Positions 8,312-17,437 are shown, counted from the first letter of the stretch. The stretch is DNA of 32,000 nt from Cupriavidus necator (GCF_016127575.1 NZ_CP066020.1:240001-272000); one strand, 5' to 3'. Program-made: numbers and translations. The notes: a model not told the origin generated them from the letters alone.

Positions 8312-8489
8312 CGAATTTTTCAGCGCCGCGCGTGGTGGCCAGACCCGCGGGCAGCGCGCCGTGGAAGTCCGCGCGCAGGATCGCCACGCGGGACTGGATT
8401 CCCCGGTTCAGCGCTCGGTTCTAGAGCTTGTCAGCTACTCGACCCACTCCGCATCCACTTCCCGTAGCAAGTGTCTAGCCAGGATGTAG
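8226..8489 (+). CDS. Hypothetical protein or gene fragment (possible integrase debris)
   Basis: In-frame ATG at 8226 within track ORF 8127..8489, with high GC3 from 8226 to about 8420. PKTQAITHHVPEHLIEALL loosely resembles the KT..r.vPL...l..L segment of tyrosine integrases. The 3' end overlaps convergent gene 8435..8809. Confidence 0.3.
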   Translation: MTMPPHPKTQAITHHVPEHLIEALLQATDEFFSAARGGQTRGQRAVEVRAQDRHAGLDSPVQRSVLELVSYSTHSASTSRSKCLARM

Positions 8490-8809
8490 TCTCCCATTGT
8501 CGCTGCCTTTGCCTCCAATCTGTCCAACTCACCTGCTGGCAGTTCGTCGAACTCAAACTGGCAGTAAAGATTTCGCTGCCGGAACGTTGTCTTTGGTCGC
8601 AATAGGCCGGCAACGAGCGCAGCCGGCGAGCGGACGGCAATGCTTTCGTGCCCGCGATACTCGACGCGTACCCCAACCTTGTCGCCGAGCCTGCCGAGTT
8701 CAACTGCATCTTGCCAACCTAACTCGTAGTCCAACTCGACCACCGTTACTCCCTCTGCTTCCAGGAGCTTCAGTGCCTCCCCTCTGGTTCCAGCTCGAGC
8801 TGTCGCCAT
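8435..8809 (-). CDS. Hypothetical protein
   Basis: 124 aa. An excellent SD (GGAGGA, 4 nt spacer) precedes the ATG at 8809, and the composition is balanced. No family recognised. Confidence 0.6.
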   Translation of the reverse strand: MATARAGTRGEALKLLEAEGVTVVELDYELGWQDAVELGRLGDKVGVRVEYRGHESIAVRSPAALVAGLLRPKTTFRQRNLYCQFEFDELPAGELDRLEAKAATMGDYILARHLLREVDAEWVE

Positions 8810-9006
8810 TCTGTCCTCCGCTGCATCCCTCGGCGGCCCCGTGTATTAGCCCGCCGCAAACAGGGCGTGTGGCTATTCGTGCGCTTCTTCAGCCCTGGTC
8901 CTGTATTGCACAGCAACATTGTAAGTGGGGGGCAGCTTCGTTTGCTGGATGCGGTCCTTCGAGCGGATAGGAATCCTTGCATACTGCTGGGAAAACCCTA
9001 GTTTCT

Positions 9007-9263
9007 AAGGGCGGGCACGGCGGTCAGCCAGAACAGCTGGTTGGTTGTGTAGGAGAAGCCGGCCGAGTGCGGGCAGGCTGACCGCCACCACGCTCCAGAC
9101 TTGCCAGATGGCAAAGGCCAGGAAAAGCGCCGGCACGGAAATCCAGAGGATTGATCTTGGCTATCGCCTCGCCTTCTCTTTCCCAGAACGCTTTATCCTC
9201 AGGAGTCCAGATGTAAAGCGTGGATCCACGACGAGCTGACAGATCGTCATTGCGCATCGGCAT
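9007..9263 (-). pseudogene. narK: narK (nitrate/nitrite transporter, MFS) N-terminal remnant with two frameshifts, truncated after about 85 codons
   Basis: Stitching three frames gives MPMRNDDLSARRGSTLYIWTPEDKAFWEREGEAIAKIN / LWISVPALFLAFAIWQVWSVVAVSLPALG / GFSYTTNQLFWLTAVPAL. This tracks the E. coli NarK N-terminus (WRPEDPAFWQQRGQRIASRNLWISVPCLLLAFCVW...FTTDQLFMLTALP). Similarity stops abruptly at about 9007. Confidence 0.75.
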
Positions 9264-9593
9264 CGGCTCTCCAGTGCGATTTCGAGAGGCGGCAAGCTAG
9301 AATCCAGCGAAACATAGCCTCAATGACTAAGAGGGGAAATGTGAAGTTGTCCAGATGATTCGCATTTCCAAGTCTTGTGCTTCAAATGTATGCATGGCGG
9401 CTTTCAAGTGATGTAAAAGCTTTCTTGGACGTTATGAAATATTTGGGGCGCCTTCATCGCCCGCATGTGACCTATGCCGCCGTGGCAAGCGCACACGGAT
9501 AAGTCCACGTACCCGCCGAGGAGGTCCTGGCCTGATCCGGACGGCAAGTGCCTGGCGCCATCATGTATGGTCTGCTTCCAGGCATCGATTTCC

Positions 9594-10166
9594 TCAATGT
9601 ATCGACTCCTGTCTGGACGCTTTCGCCTCCCCCTCGAGCTGCTTGCGCAGCGCCGCGAAGCGCTCCTGTATATTTTCTCCAAACAGCGGATCTGGGCTGT
9701 CTGGAACGGTGGTCGCGACTTCTGCCCAGTCCTCTTCGGTCAGCTGCTGCGCAGCGCGCGGCATGACGTGTCTCTCCTCAGTGGAGAGATGATTGCGATA
9801 GTACACAAGATACATGGCCGCGGCGGCCTCCAGGGCCGCGCGCGAAGTGATGACATCTCGCTCCGCTTCATTCAGACGGCTTAGGAGCTCTTCGCGCACC
9901 CTGGCAATTATGCGATGCTCTTGCAGGAGCCGGCTGACCACAATCTGCATGCCGGGATCTCGCTCGACGAGCAGTGCGTACGCAACATCCTCGCGAGGAT
10001 GGTGAACACGATCACCAAAGTTCCGCATGTAATAGATGATCGTGCCGATCAAACTGTAGTTCGGCTGCTCTCCCCGGTGAAAAACGCTCACCTGCTCTTC
10101 CAGCAGGTCGAGCAGTGCGGCGAAATTGATGTGATCGGCATGCCAAATGGCAAGTTGGTCGGTCAT
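9594..10166 (-). CDS. Hemerythrin (HHE cation-binding) domain protein
   Basis: 190 aa. The His/Glu pattern (WHADHINF, VHHPREDVAY, LLQEHRII, YYRNHLSTEERHVMP) is typical of hemerythrin-like di-iron domains. An SD (GGAG) lies 7 nt upstream of the ATG. Confidence 0.8.
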   Translation of the reverse strand: MTDQLAIWHADHINFAALLDLLEEQVSVFHRGEQPNYSLIGTIIYYMRNFGDRVHHPREDVAYALLVERDPGMQIVVSRLLQEHRIIARVREELLSRLNEAERDVITSRAALEAAAAMYLVYYRNHLSTEERHVMPRAAQQLTEEDWAEVATTVPDSPDPLFGENIQERFAALRKQLEGEAKASRQESIH

Positions 10167-10267
10167 GGCGCGCTCCAGCGAAACTGGTCAAGTACACGAT
10201 CGGGCTCGAAGCTGTATCGAACTCAAGAGGCTCTAATCTGAACAGTAGTCTCCCGTTACCATTTGGG

Positions 10268-10281
10268 GCTGATTTAGATCA
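10268..10281 (-). promoter_or_regulatory. FNR/Dnr-type box TTGAT-N4-ATCAG upstream of the hemerythrin gene
   Basis: The minus strand reads TTGATCTAAATCAG, a 9/10 match to TTGAT-N4-ATCAA. It is followed after 21 nt by TACTGT (10241-10246, TAnnnT). This is class II geometry, about 108 nt upstream of the ATG. Confidence 0.5.
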
Positions 10282-10497
10282 ATAGTGGGCGTCGCCCACT
10301 CTCCCACACGCCTGTGTCGGCACAATGGGCCCTGCTCGAACCCCGGCATGACGCTCTTGCGCTTCTGGGCTGCCATGGAAGGGCGCCTCCCAGTTGCCCC
10401 AGCACGATGCGCACGATGCGCTCGACATGCGCGCCGGTCAGCTCGATGCGGGCGCCGGCCAGTGGTCACTACTTGGTCACGATCCTTCGATGTTGCC

Positions 10498-10750
10498 ATG
10501 GCGGCCACCGCTTGCGAGGCGGGTGCGATGCCTTCTGGTGGGAGATGCTGGCCCAGTGGCGCAAGACTGGGCTGAGCATCCGCGCCTTCTGTCACCAGCA
10601 TGGCCTGGTGGTCAGCATTGTTGGCCCATGGCGCAAGCGCGTGGACCACGACCGGCCGGGTTGCCGCTGACGGTGACCGCCGACACCGCCTTCATTGCGG
10701 CAGCCACGAGCACAGCTGAGATGGTGATCACCTGTTGCACGGACCCATAG
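10498..10750 (+). pseudogene. IS66-family TnpA-like (HTH accessory protein) remnant with frameshifts
   Basis: The segment FWWEMLAQWRKTGLSIRAFCHQHGLVVSIVGPWRKRV fits the W..l..W..SGLS...FC...GL....y.WRkRl motif I associate with IS66 orf1 proteins. The reading frame is broken before and after it, and no tnpB or tnpC follows. Confidence 0.45.
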
Positions 10751-10865
10751 TACAGTCATCCCGGCGTCATTAGAATTAGCAGCAAATAGCCTTGATTTCT
10801 CAACGGTATGGCCTACCTCGTCAATTTGAATGTCATGCGACATCCCAGAATCCCGTATTGTCGAG

Positions 10866-11054
10866 CTATGAAGCGCAAGTGAGTAGGCCCAGATTACGCT
10901 CGAAGATCCGCTGCCCGTGCGTGAACTCCTGCTGCGGGCCCGCCGCAAAAAGGCTCATGTTCGGTCGTGCTACCGCTTCGCAGATCGCCTCAGCATCGGC
11001 CGCATCGTTCCTTTTGGTCTTAACGTACGGTTTGACGAATTGCGGCGCCAGCAT
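10866..11054 (-). pseudogene. IS110-family transposase internal fragment (N-terminal DEDD domain part)
   Basis: APQFVKPYVKTKRNDAADAEAICEAVARPNM is the highly conserved IS110/IS1111 motif. The first roughly 60 codons are missing and the downstream part is degenerate. Confidence 0.75.
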
Positions 11055-11221
11055 GGGTGAGGCATATCAAATCTGCATCTTACTCAAGATGCGATGTCCT
11101 TGCGACCAGTAATATCTATGTATGATTTTCAGCGGTTGGCATTATGCTTGCGGTGGCAGTACAGACTGTTTGCAATGGCATTATCGGCTCTGTGGCACAC
11201 GTTCATAACGTCGAGGTTCTC

Positions 11222-11586
11222 TTGTGTTTCGCACAAGTAGTTTCGATTGTTGACGACGATGAGGCTATGCGCATCGCAACGGCGAGTCTTGTACGCTCGT
11301 TCGGAAAACCTACACGCCAATTTGCGTCGGCGGAGGAGTTCTTGCAATCGGGCCATATCGCCGAGACATCGTGCCTGACGTCATGATGCCCGGCATCTCG
11401 GGGCTCGCCATGCACGACCGCATTCTGGCACTTGGCTATGCGCCGCCGACCATATTCATCACGGCATTCCCGTCGGCCGACCTCCAAGCGAATGCCCTTG
11501 CCAAAGGCGCGCTGGCTGTCCTCAAAAAGCCGGTAGATGCTAACACCTTGGCGTATTGGCTCAGTGTCGCTTTGTGCCCGCCGTAG
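11222..11586 (+). pseudogene. CheY-like receiver-domain response regulator, frameshifted (about 11365-11375)
   Basis: Frame 1 reads VVSIVDDDEAMRIATASLVRSFG...AETSCL. Frame 2 reads DVMMPGISGLAMHDRILALGYAPPTIFITAFPSADLQANALAKGALAVLKKPVD. Together they give the DD / D / T / K receiver signature. A TTG start at 11222 is preceded by GAGG. Confidence 0.7.
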
Positions 11587-11907
11587 CGGATCGACGATAT
11601 GTTGGACAGCGCGAGCGCAAGACTGCGCTGCCGAGGCTGGCATCGAGTTGATTGATGGCGACTGCCAGACGCCGACTCGTGCGGCTTGCGGCGCAAAAAT
11701 GGCGCCACGAAAGCGGAAGGAAAGTCCGTTCTGGGGCTATTGCAACCCCCGAGTTGCCTGACGACACTTGCCTGTGCGGCGCTATCCGGAAATGATTGGT
11801 CGATGAGGAAGGAAAGGACATCTGCGAATCGATGTCCTTCCGCTCTACTGAAAGCCCGGACAACCGATCTTCACCAAGTCGGCGGCGACCGGAACGACCG
11901 GTCCCTG

Positions 11908-13204
<1,297 letters not shown>

Positions 13205-13392
13205 GTCTAGGTGAGACGGTCGTGACGGAGTAACCCGAAGCCGTGCCGCAAGGCTTGAACGATGACACTCATGGCAGAAATTGAACGGGCCATGCCAAGA
13301 TACGGCGAATCCGCTATCACAAGGTCTATCGCCCCTGACTGATCCGCTATTGAAGCTGGGATAAGCGGCGGCGCAACCCCGACGGCGCTATC

Positions 13393-13830
13393 CTACGCGA
13401 AAAAACTCCACGCTCTGTCCCGCATTGACCCGTCGTGCGCCTGCCGCGCCTCGGCCAGTTGCGCCGAGATCGCCGCGACCTCTTCGCGCGCGGCCGCGGT
13501 CTCGGCGCGTGCCGCGTCGCGCTCGGCCTCGGCGGCGCTGGCCGCATGGCGGGCCTCGGCGCGCAAGCGTGGCCAGCTCGCCGGTGGCCGCTGATCACGT
13601 TCCACGTCATCGCCAGGCGCGTGCAGCGCTTGCCGGCGGCGATATGGCGGCGCAGGTTTTCCGCGTCCAGCGGGTGGCGCACGTAGCGCACGGTGGCCTT
13701 GCTCTCGGCGCCGGACTGCAGCTCGATCTCCTGGTCGACGGTGAAGCCGGACGGTGCGGCATCGCCGGCCAGCCATTGCATGGCCGCCACCGGCGACTGG
13801 TTGACGTGCAGGTTGCCTGGCGCCCCCCGG
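13393..13830 (-). pseudogene. Degraded ORF of unknown family (globular N-part followed by Ala/Arg/Glu-rich coiled coil), at least one frameshift
   Basis: Frame a reads [73 protein letters not shown]. Frame b continues [61 protein letters not shown] stop lies immediately upstream of the first segment. Confidence 0.3.
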
Positions 13831-13860
13831 TCACTTTAGGTTATTTTCCCCAGTACAGTC

Positions 13861-13899
13861 CAAAAAAGAAAACACCCGCATCGTTTGACGGTGCGGGCG
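13861..13899 (-). terminator. Rho-independent terminator (minus strand)
   Basis: The minus strand reads CGCCCGCA-ccgtcaaacga-TGCGGGTG followed by TTTTCTTTTTTG, a GC-rich stem plus U-tract. It lies about 130 nt downstream of the ferritin-like pseudogene stop. Confidence 0.6.
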
Positions 13900-14030
13900 A
13901 AGTTTCCATTCCGGAAACGGGTAGACAAGTCATGAAGAGCGCCCCCGCATCTCCATGACAGGAGCAATCTTATCGGGCAGCACCCAGCCGCGGCTTGACC
14001 AAAGTCAAGTGCGCAGCAGACTGCGGCAGC

Positions 14031-14293
14031 TTAACTGCCCTGGTGCGCAAGTACGTCGGCCATCTCGTCGGCGTGCTCCTCTTCCACCGCCAAGATCTCT
14101 TCCATCGTGCGGCGCGAGGTCGGGTCGCCTCGTCCAGGAAGTGGACGATTTCGCGATAGCTGTCGATGGCAATGCGTTCGGCGATCTGGTCGGGATGGGC
14201 TTGTTCCTCGTTGGAATGGGCCAGGAATTCATCGGCCACGCTCTTCGAGCTCAAGCCGTCGTCATTTCTGCCCCCGTTCAAGTCTGCCGGCAT
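14031..14293 (-). pseudogene. Ferritin-like (Dps/bacterioferritin-related) protein remnant: 5'-truncated, internal deletion, one frameshift (about 14127)
   Basis: The sequence reads ...GLSSKSVADEFLAHSNEEQAHPDQIAERIAIDSYREIVHFLDE, then a frameshift, then GDPTSRRTMEEILAVEEEHADEMADVLAHQGS*. Full-length relatives are about 160-180 aa, and here only about 87 codons remain. Confidence 0.7.
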
Positions 14294-14318
14294 ACGGGCC
14301 GCCGTCGCTTCTACATCT

Positions 14319-14337
14319 CATTGAGTTCAACTCAATG
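14319..14337. promoter_or_regulatory. Perfect 9-1-9 palindrome CATTGAGTT-C-AACTCAATG (candidate operator)
   Basis: Read directly; only the central base breaks symmetry. It lies 26-44 nt upstream of the ferritin-like remnant's ATG, at the edge of an AT-rich spacer. Confidence 0.4.
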
Positions 14338-14423
14338 CTGCTTTTGTCACTTTTCCCAATAACTGAGACGGCCAATTGCGAAACATTTGAGATACATCAA
14401 TAGGTGATATATGAGGTGGCCAC

Positions 14424-14603
14424 ATGCTGTGCTTGGCAAAGGCGGCTCGATACATGGTTTTACCAGTCGTATTGAACAGCATGCTGCGAGCAGCTAACAT
14501 GTTCATCCTGGGCGCGATGACACAAGTGCCCACCAGCCAGACCTTTGCGTCCGAGAGCAAAGAAGCGGCCTGTACAAGCTATGCCAGCTGTCACGAACGG
14601 TAA
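14424..14603 (+). CDS. Possible small ORF (59 aa, below the ORF-track cut-off) with a signal-peptide-like N-terminal half
   Basis: ATG at 14424 is preceded by GAGG (7 nt spacer). The translation is MLCLAKAARYMVLPVVLNSMLRAANMFILGAMTQVPTSQTFASESKEAACTSYASCHER. GC3 is about 66 percent in an AT-richer spacer. The ORF ends 45 nt before the next gene. Confidence 0.25.
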   Translation: MLCLAKAARYMVLPVVLNSMLRAANMFILGAMTQVPTSQTFASESKEAACTSYASCHER

Positions 14604-14647
14604 TGAAGTCCCGTAGCACTATTAGACCAATAGCTTAGGAGACGACT

Positions 14648-14899
14648 GTGCTGAGTCAGCATGAGTTTGCCACGCTCGTGCTGGTAAGCGACAACTCTGA
14701 CCCAACGGAGCTGGACCGCGCGGATGTGGAGGCGCTGCTCACGCATCAGCTGGTTGGGCTTCAGAGCTTTGGGCCCAACCACAGCCGCCCTGGAGTCACA
14801 ATCGAAGACTATGCTTTTCTCCAAGCCGTCGGGCGTGTTCGCGCAAGGGATTGTTGGCCACGCCAGGCCTCGCAGTGCGCGCATTGCTTTAACCCGTAG
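14648..14899 (+). CDS. Small conserved-looking hypothetical protein (paralog of 17469..17669)
   Basis: GTG start with AGGAG 6 nt upstream; 83 aa. The N-terminal 65 aa align with the 66-aa ORF at 17469 (MLS.HE.A.L.L..D...L....LL.H.LV.L...P..T.....L.AV.R.R). Confidence 0.6.
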   Translation: MLSQHEFATLVLVSDNSDPTELDRADVEALLTHQLVGLQSFGPNHSRPGVTIEDYAFLQAVGRVRARDCWPRQASQCAHCFNP

Positions 14900-15045
14900 A
14901 GACTGCCGGCGTTTCCACTCTCACGGGCTTCCCTAGCAGCAAGGACCGCGAGGTTCGCAATGCTGCAATCTTTATTCACTCGAAGTCCGCTCCACTGGGC
15001 TCTCATCGAATAGTTCAGGGGCGGGCCGCACTTAGGAGATGCAAG

Positions 15046-15612
15046 ATGACTCAGTGGACAGCAGAGCAATGCACCAAGGCACAGATGGCGGGCCTTGAAG
15101 CCATGGCCGGACTAACCAACAAGGTCTTGGAAGGGTTCGAAAAAGTAATGGATTTGAACCTCCAAACAATGAAAATGACCCTGGCGCATAACCGGGAGGG
15201 CGTAATGAAAGCCCTCTCAGTCCAGAACCCGCAAGAACTCATCGAATTGCAAATCGAATTATTTCAACCTGCAGCCGACAAAGTTTTGGAGTATCGGCGT
15301 CAACTGCACGACATCCTTGCTGCTACGCGGGCGGAGTTCGAGAAGATCGCCGAAGTCCAATACACAACAAGCAAGGGCCAGCTGCAGGGTCTCATAGATA
15401 GCGCGGTGAGCAACGCCCCATCCGGCTCGACGGCTCCGCTGGCCGCCTGGCAGGAGGCCGTAAAGGCGACCACTGCGCTCTATGAGTCGATGCAGTCGAC
15501 GGCAAAGCAGGCCGTGGAAGTAGCCGAGAACAGTTTCAATACGGCTGCGGCGGCGGCCTCGAAAGGCGCGCGGCATCGTGCAGCGCTGGCGTCTCCGGCA
15601 GCTGCAAAGTAG
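15046..15612 (+). CDS. phaP2: Phasin (PHA granule-associated protein, Phasin_2 family); probably the plasmid-borne PhaP2
   Basis: 188 aa, clearly homologous along its length to C. necator PhaP1 as I remember it (...FEGVEKLVELNLQ..., ...NAPAGS..., ...YES.Q...KQAVE.AE.NF...). An SD (AGGAG) precedes the ATG. Confidence 0.9.
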   Translation: MTQWTAEQCTKAQMAGLEAMAGLTNKVLEGFEKVMDLNLQTMKMTLAHNREGVMKALSVQNPQELIELQIELFQPAADKVLEYRRQLHDILAATRAEFEKIAEVQYTTSKGQLQGLIDSAVSNAPSGSTAPLAAWQEAVKATTALYESMQSTAKQAVEVAENSFNTAAAAASKGARHRAALASPAAAK

Positions 15613-15673
15613 TCCGGCAGCGCTGGGCCCGCCTCATCCATGCGGTTATACCAAGACATAGGGGATTGGAGAC

Positions 15674-15808
15674 ATGACCAAAAAGCTTGCCGTTGTCACG
15701 GGTGGTATGGGCGGTTTGGGCGAGGCCATCAGCATCTGGCTCCAGGGCACTGGTTATTTGGTGGCTGTCACCCGTTCTCCCGGCAACAGCGGTGTCGCAG
15801 ACTGGCTC
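15674..15808 (+). pseudogene. N-terminal 45 codons of an SDR (acetoacetyl-CoA reductase PhaB-like), truncated
   Basis: MTKKLAVVTGGMGGLGEAISIWLQGTGYLVAVTRSPGNSGVADWL compares with the PhaB N-terminus MTQRIAYVTGGMGGIGTAICQRLAKDGFRVVAGCGPNS. Similarity is lost after about 15810. Confidence 0.55.
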
Positions 15809-15858
15809 GGCTCGGGCGGATGGAGGAGCAAGACCGAAATTCCACTTACCCCCGTACC

Positions 15859-16500
15859 GAGATTGATGCCGGCCAGGAGGCCATGCTGACGCTGTCGATC
15901 TACAAAGGTGGTATTGCCGTCAATCGCGATGCCGAGTGGTTCGCGGACGAGTCCATCTCGTACAAGACGCTCGGCGAGATCTGCCTGGCCCAGCCAGGCG
16001 GCGTGGGCTTCCAGATCTGTGAGCAGAAGATCATGGCCCAGTCGGCGCCGCAGCCCACGTCGAACAATCTCGAGGAAGCCTATCGTCGAGGCCCGGTACG
16101 CAAGGCAGACGAGCTGGTGTCGCTCGGCAAGTCTGTCGGCCTCGACGGCGAGCGCCTGCAGCAGATCGTTCAGCGCTACAACAGTGACGTGGCCAACGGC
16201 CGCGACAGCGTGTTCGGGCGCAGCGGCCTTTGGCGTCGCTGGGGCAAGCTCATCGCCATCGACACCGCGCCCTTCTACATCTATCCGTGCATCACAGCGA
16301 TCCTGGCGACCTACTGCGGCCTGAAGGTGGATGCAGACATGCGCGTCATCGACATCCAGGGTGCGCAGATTCCGCGACTGCATGCCGCAGGCGAAGTCGT
16401 CGGCGGCTTCCACGGCTCGGGCTACATGAGCGGTTCGTCGCTGTCCGAGTCCGTCATCTTCGGCCGCGTCGCGGCTCGCACTGTGCTGGAGGGAGCATGA
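15859..16500 (+). pseudogene. C-terminal about 210 codons of an FAD-dependent flavoprotein (fumarate reductase / TcuA / KstD-like); N-terminal FAD-binding half missing
   Basis: ...YKGGIAVNRDAEWFADES...QPGGVGFQICEQK...FYIYPCITAILATYCGLKVDADMRVID...IPRLHAAGEVVGGFHGSGYMSGSSLSESVIFGRVAA is the typical C-terminal capping and FAD-binding end of this family. No GxGxxG N-terminus lies upstream. Confidence 0.65.
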
Positions 16501-17104
16501 AGCCAACGGTTCTGCTCATCCTGGCGCATCCGGACAAGCGCGGCTTCGGCGGCGCGCTGGCTGAGGCCTACGTCAAGCCACTGCAAGCCCAAGGCTGTGA
16601 TGTCGAAGTCCTACACCTGCCGGCCATGGAGTTCGACGCCACCCCGGCCGGCCGCCCCCCGGAACTCGAAGCGGATCTTGTGCGTGCGCGCGCTGCGATC
16701 CAGCGCGCCGTCACATCGCACTCATTTACCCTACCTGGTTCGGGGCGATGCCAGCCCGGCTCAAAGGGTTCTTCGAGCGCGTCTTCGGCAACGACTTCGC
16801 CTTCAAGTTCAAGCCGAAATCGCTGTTCCCGGAGTCGTTCCTGACTGGCCGCTCTGCGGACATTCTCGTCACCATGGACACGCCACCATGGATCTACCGG
16901 TTCCTGCTGGGTGCGCCTGGCCACAGGCTCATCCGCCACGCTATCCTCGGCCCTTCCGGCATCCGCCCCATCAAGATCATGACTTTCGGTCCCCTGCGCG
17001 CATCCAGCGATGGCCAGCGACAAAGGTGGCTGGCCCGAGCCCAGGCCCGCGCCACGTCGATCGCCAAGCGGCTCAACGCAGGGGCCCGTACGACGCCTGC
17101 CTGA
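16497..17104 (+). pseudogene. Flavodoxin-like NAD(P)H dehydrogenase (quinone) (KefF/MdaB-like), single 1-nt frameshift near 16710
   Basis: Frame A reads MKPTVLLILAHPDKRGFGGALAEAYVKPLQAQGCDVEVLHL...AAIQRA. The frame shifted by one nt continues RHIALIYPTWFGAMPARLKGFFERVFGNDFAFKF... to 17104. The ATGA overlap with the upstream flavoprotein fragment suggests a former operon. Confidence 0.7.
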
Positions 17105-17437
17105 GACACCCGCTGGACGTTGTTTGAAGTAATGCTCGCTCGCCGCCATCAACCGTCCGGCTTCAACTGGGACGCGCGGTCGCAAGGCCCGATATCGTTC
17201 GCACCGCTTCACTTGTGCTGCCGCGCAGCATAGGCAGGTCGACCAGCCAAATTAGTGTGAATTTCAGCAAGGGCCGATATTCTAGATTTCCCATGCCTGC
17301 GTTGGCTCTTGATTCGGGCGACAAAAAAGCCTAAGGTGGTTTTCGGTGCGCGCTCCCAGCGCTACTCGCCCCGATGCACCCACTGCCGTCGCCATCGTCC
17401 TCCGTGGAACTCGAGCCACGGAGCAGCAGTCGTAGTT

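Noticed and set aside
9404-9682. 92-aa minus-strand ORF downstream of and overlapping the hemerythrin gene
   Set aside because: It overlaps the hemerythrin 3' end in another frame and has no SD or motifs (its CACH is not a CxxCH haem site).
13921-13930. GTAGACAA at 13921 as a second half-site for the recombinases
   Set aside because: Only an 8-mer match, and about one such match is expected by chance in 32 kb on two strands. There is no inverted partner nearby.
15754-17212. Minus-strand ORFs 15754..16506 and 16568..17212
   Set aside because: They are antisense to the flavoprotein fragment and the NAD(P)H dehydrogenase pseudogene, with low-complexity Arg/Ala composition and no SD.
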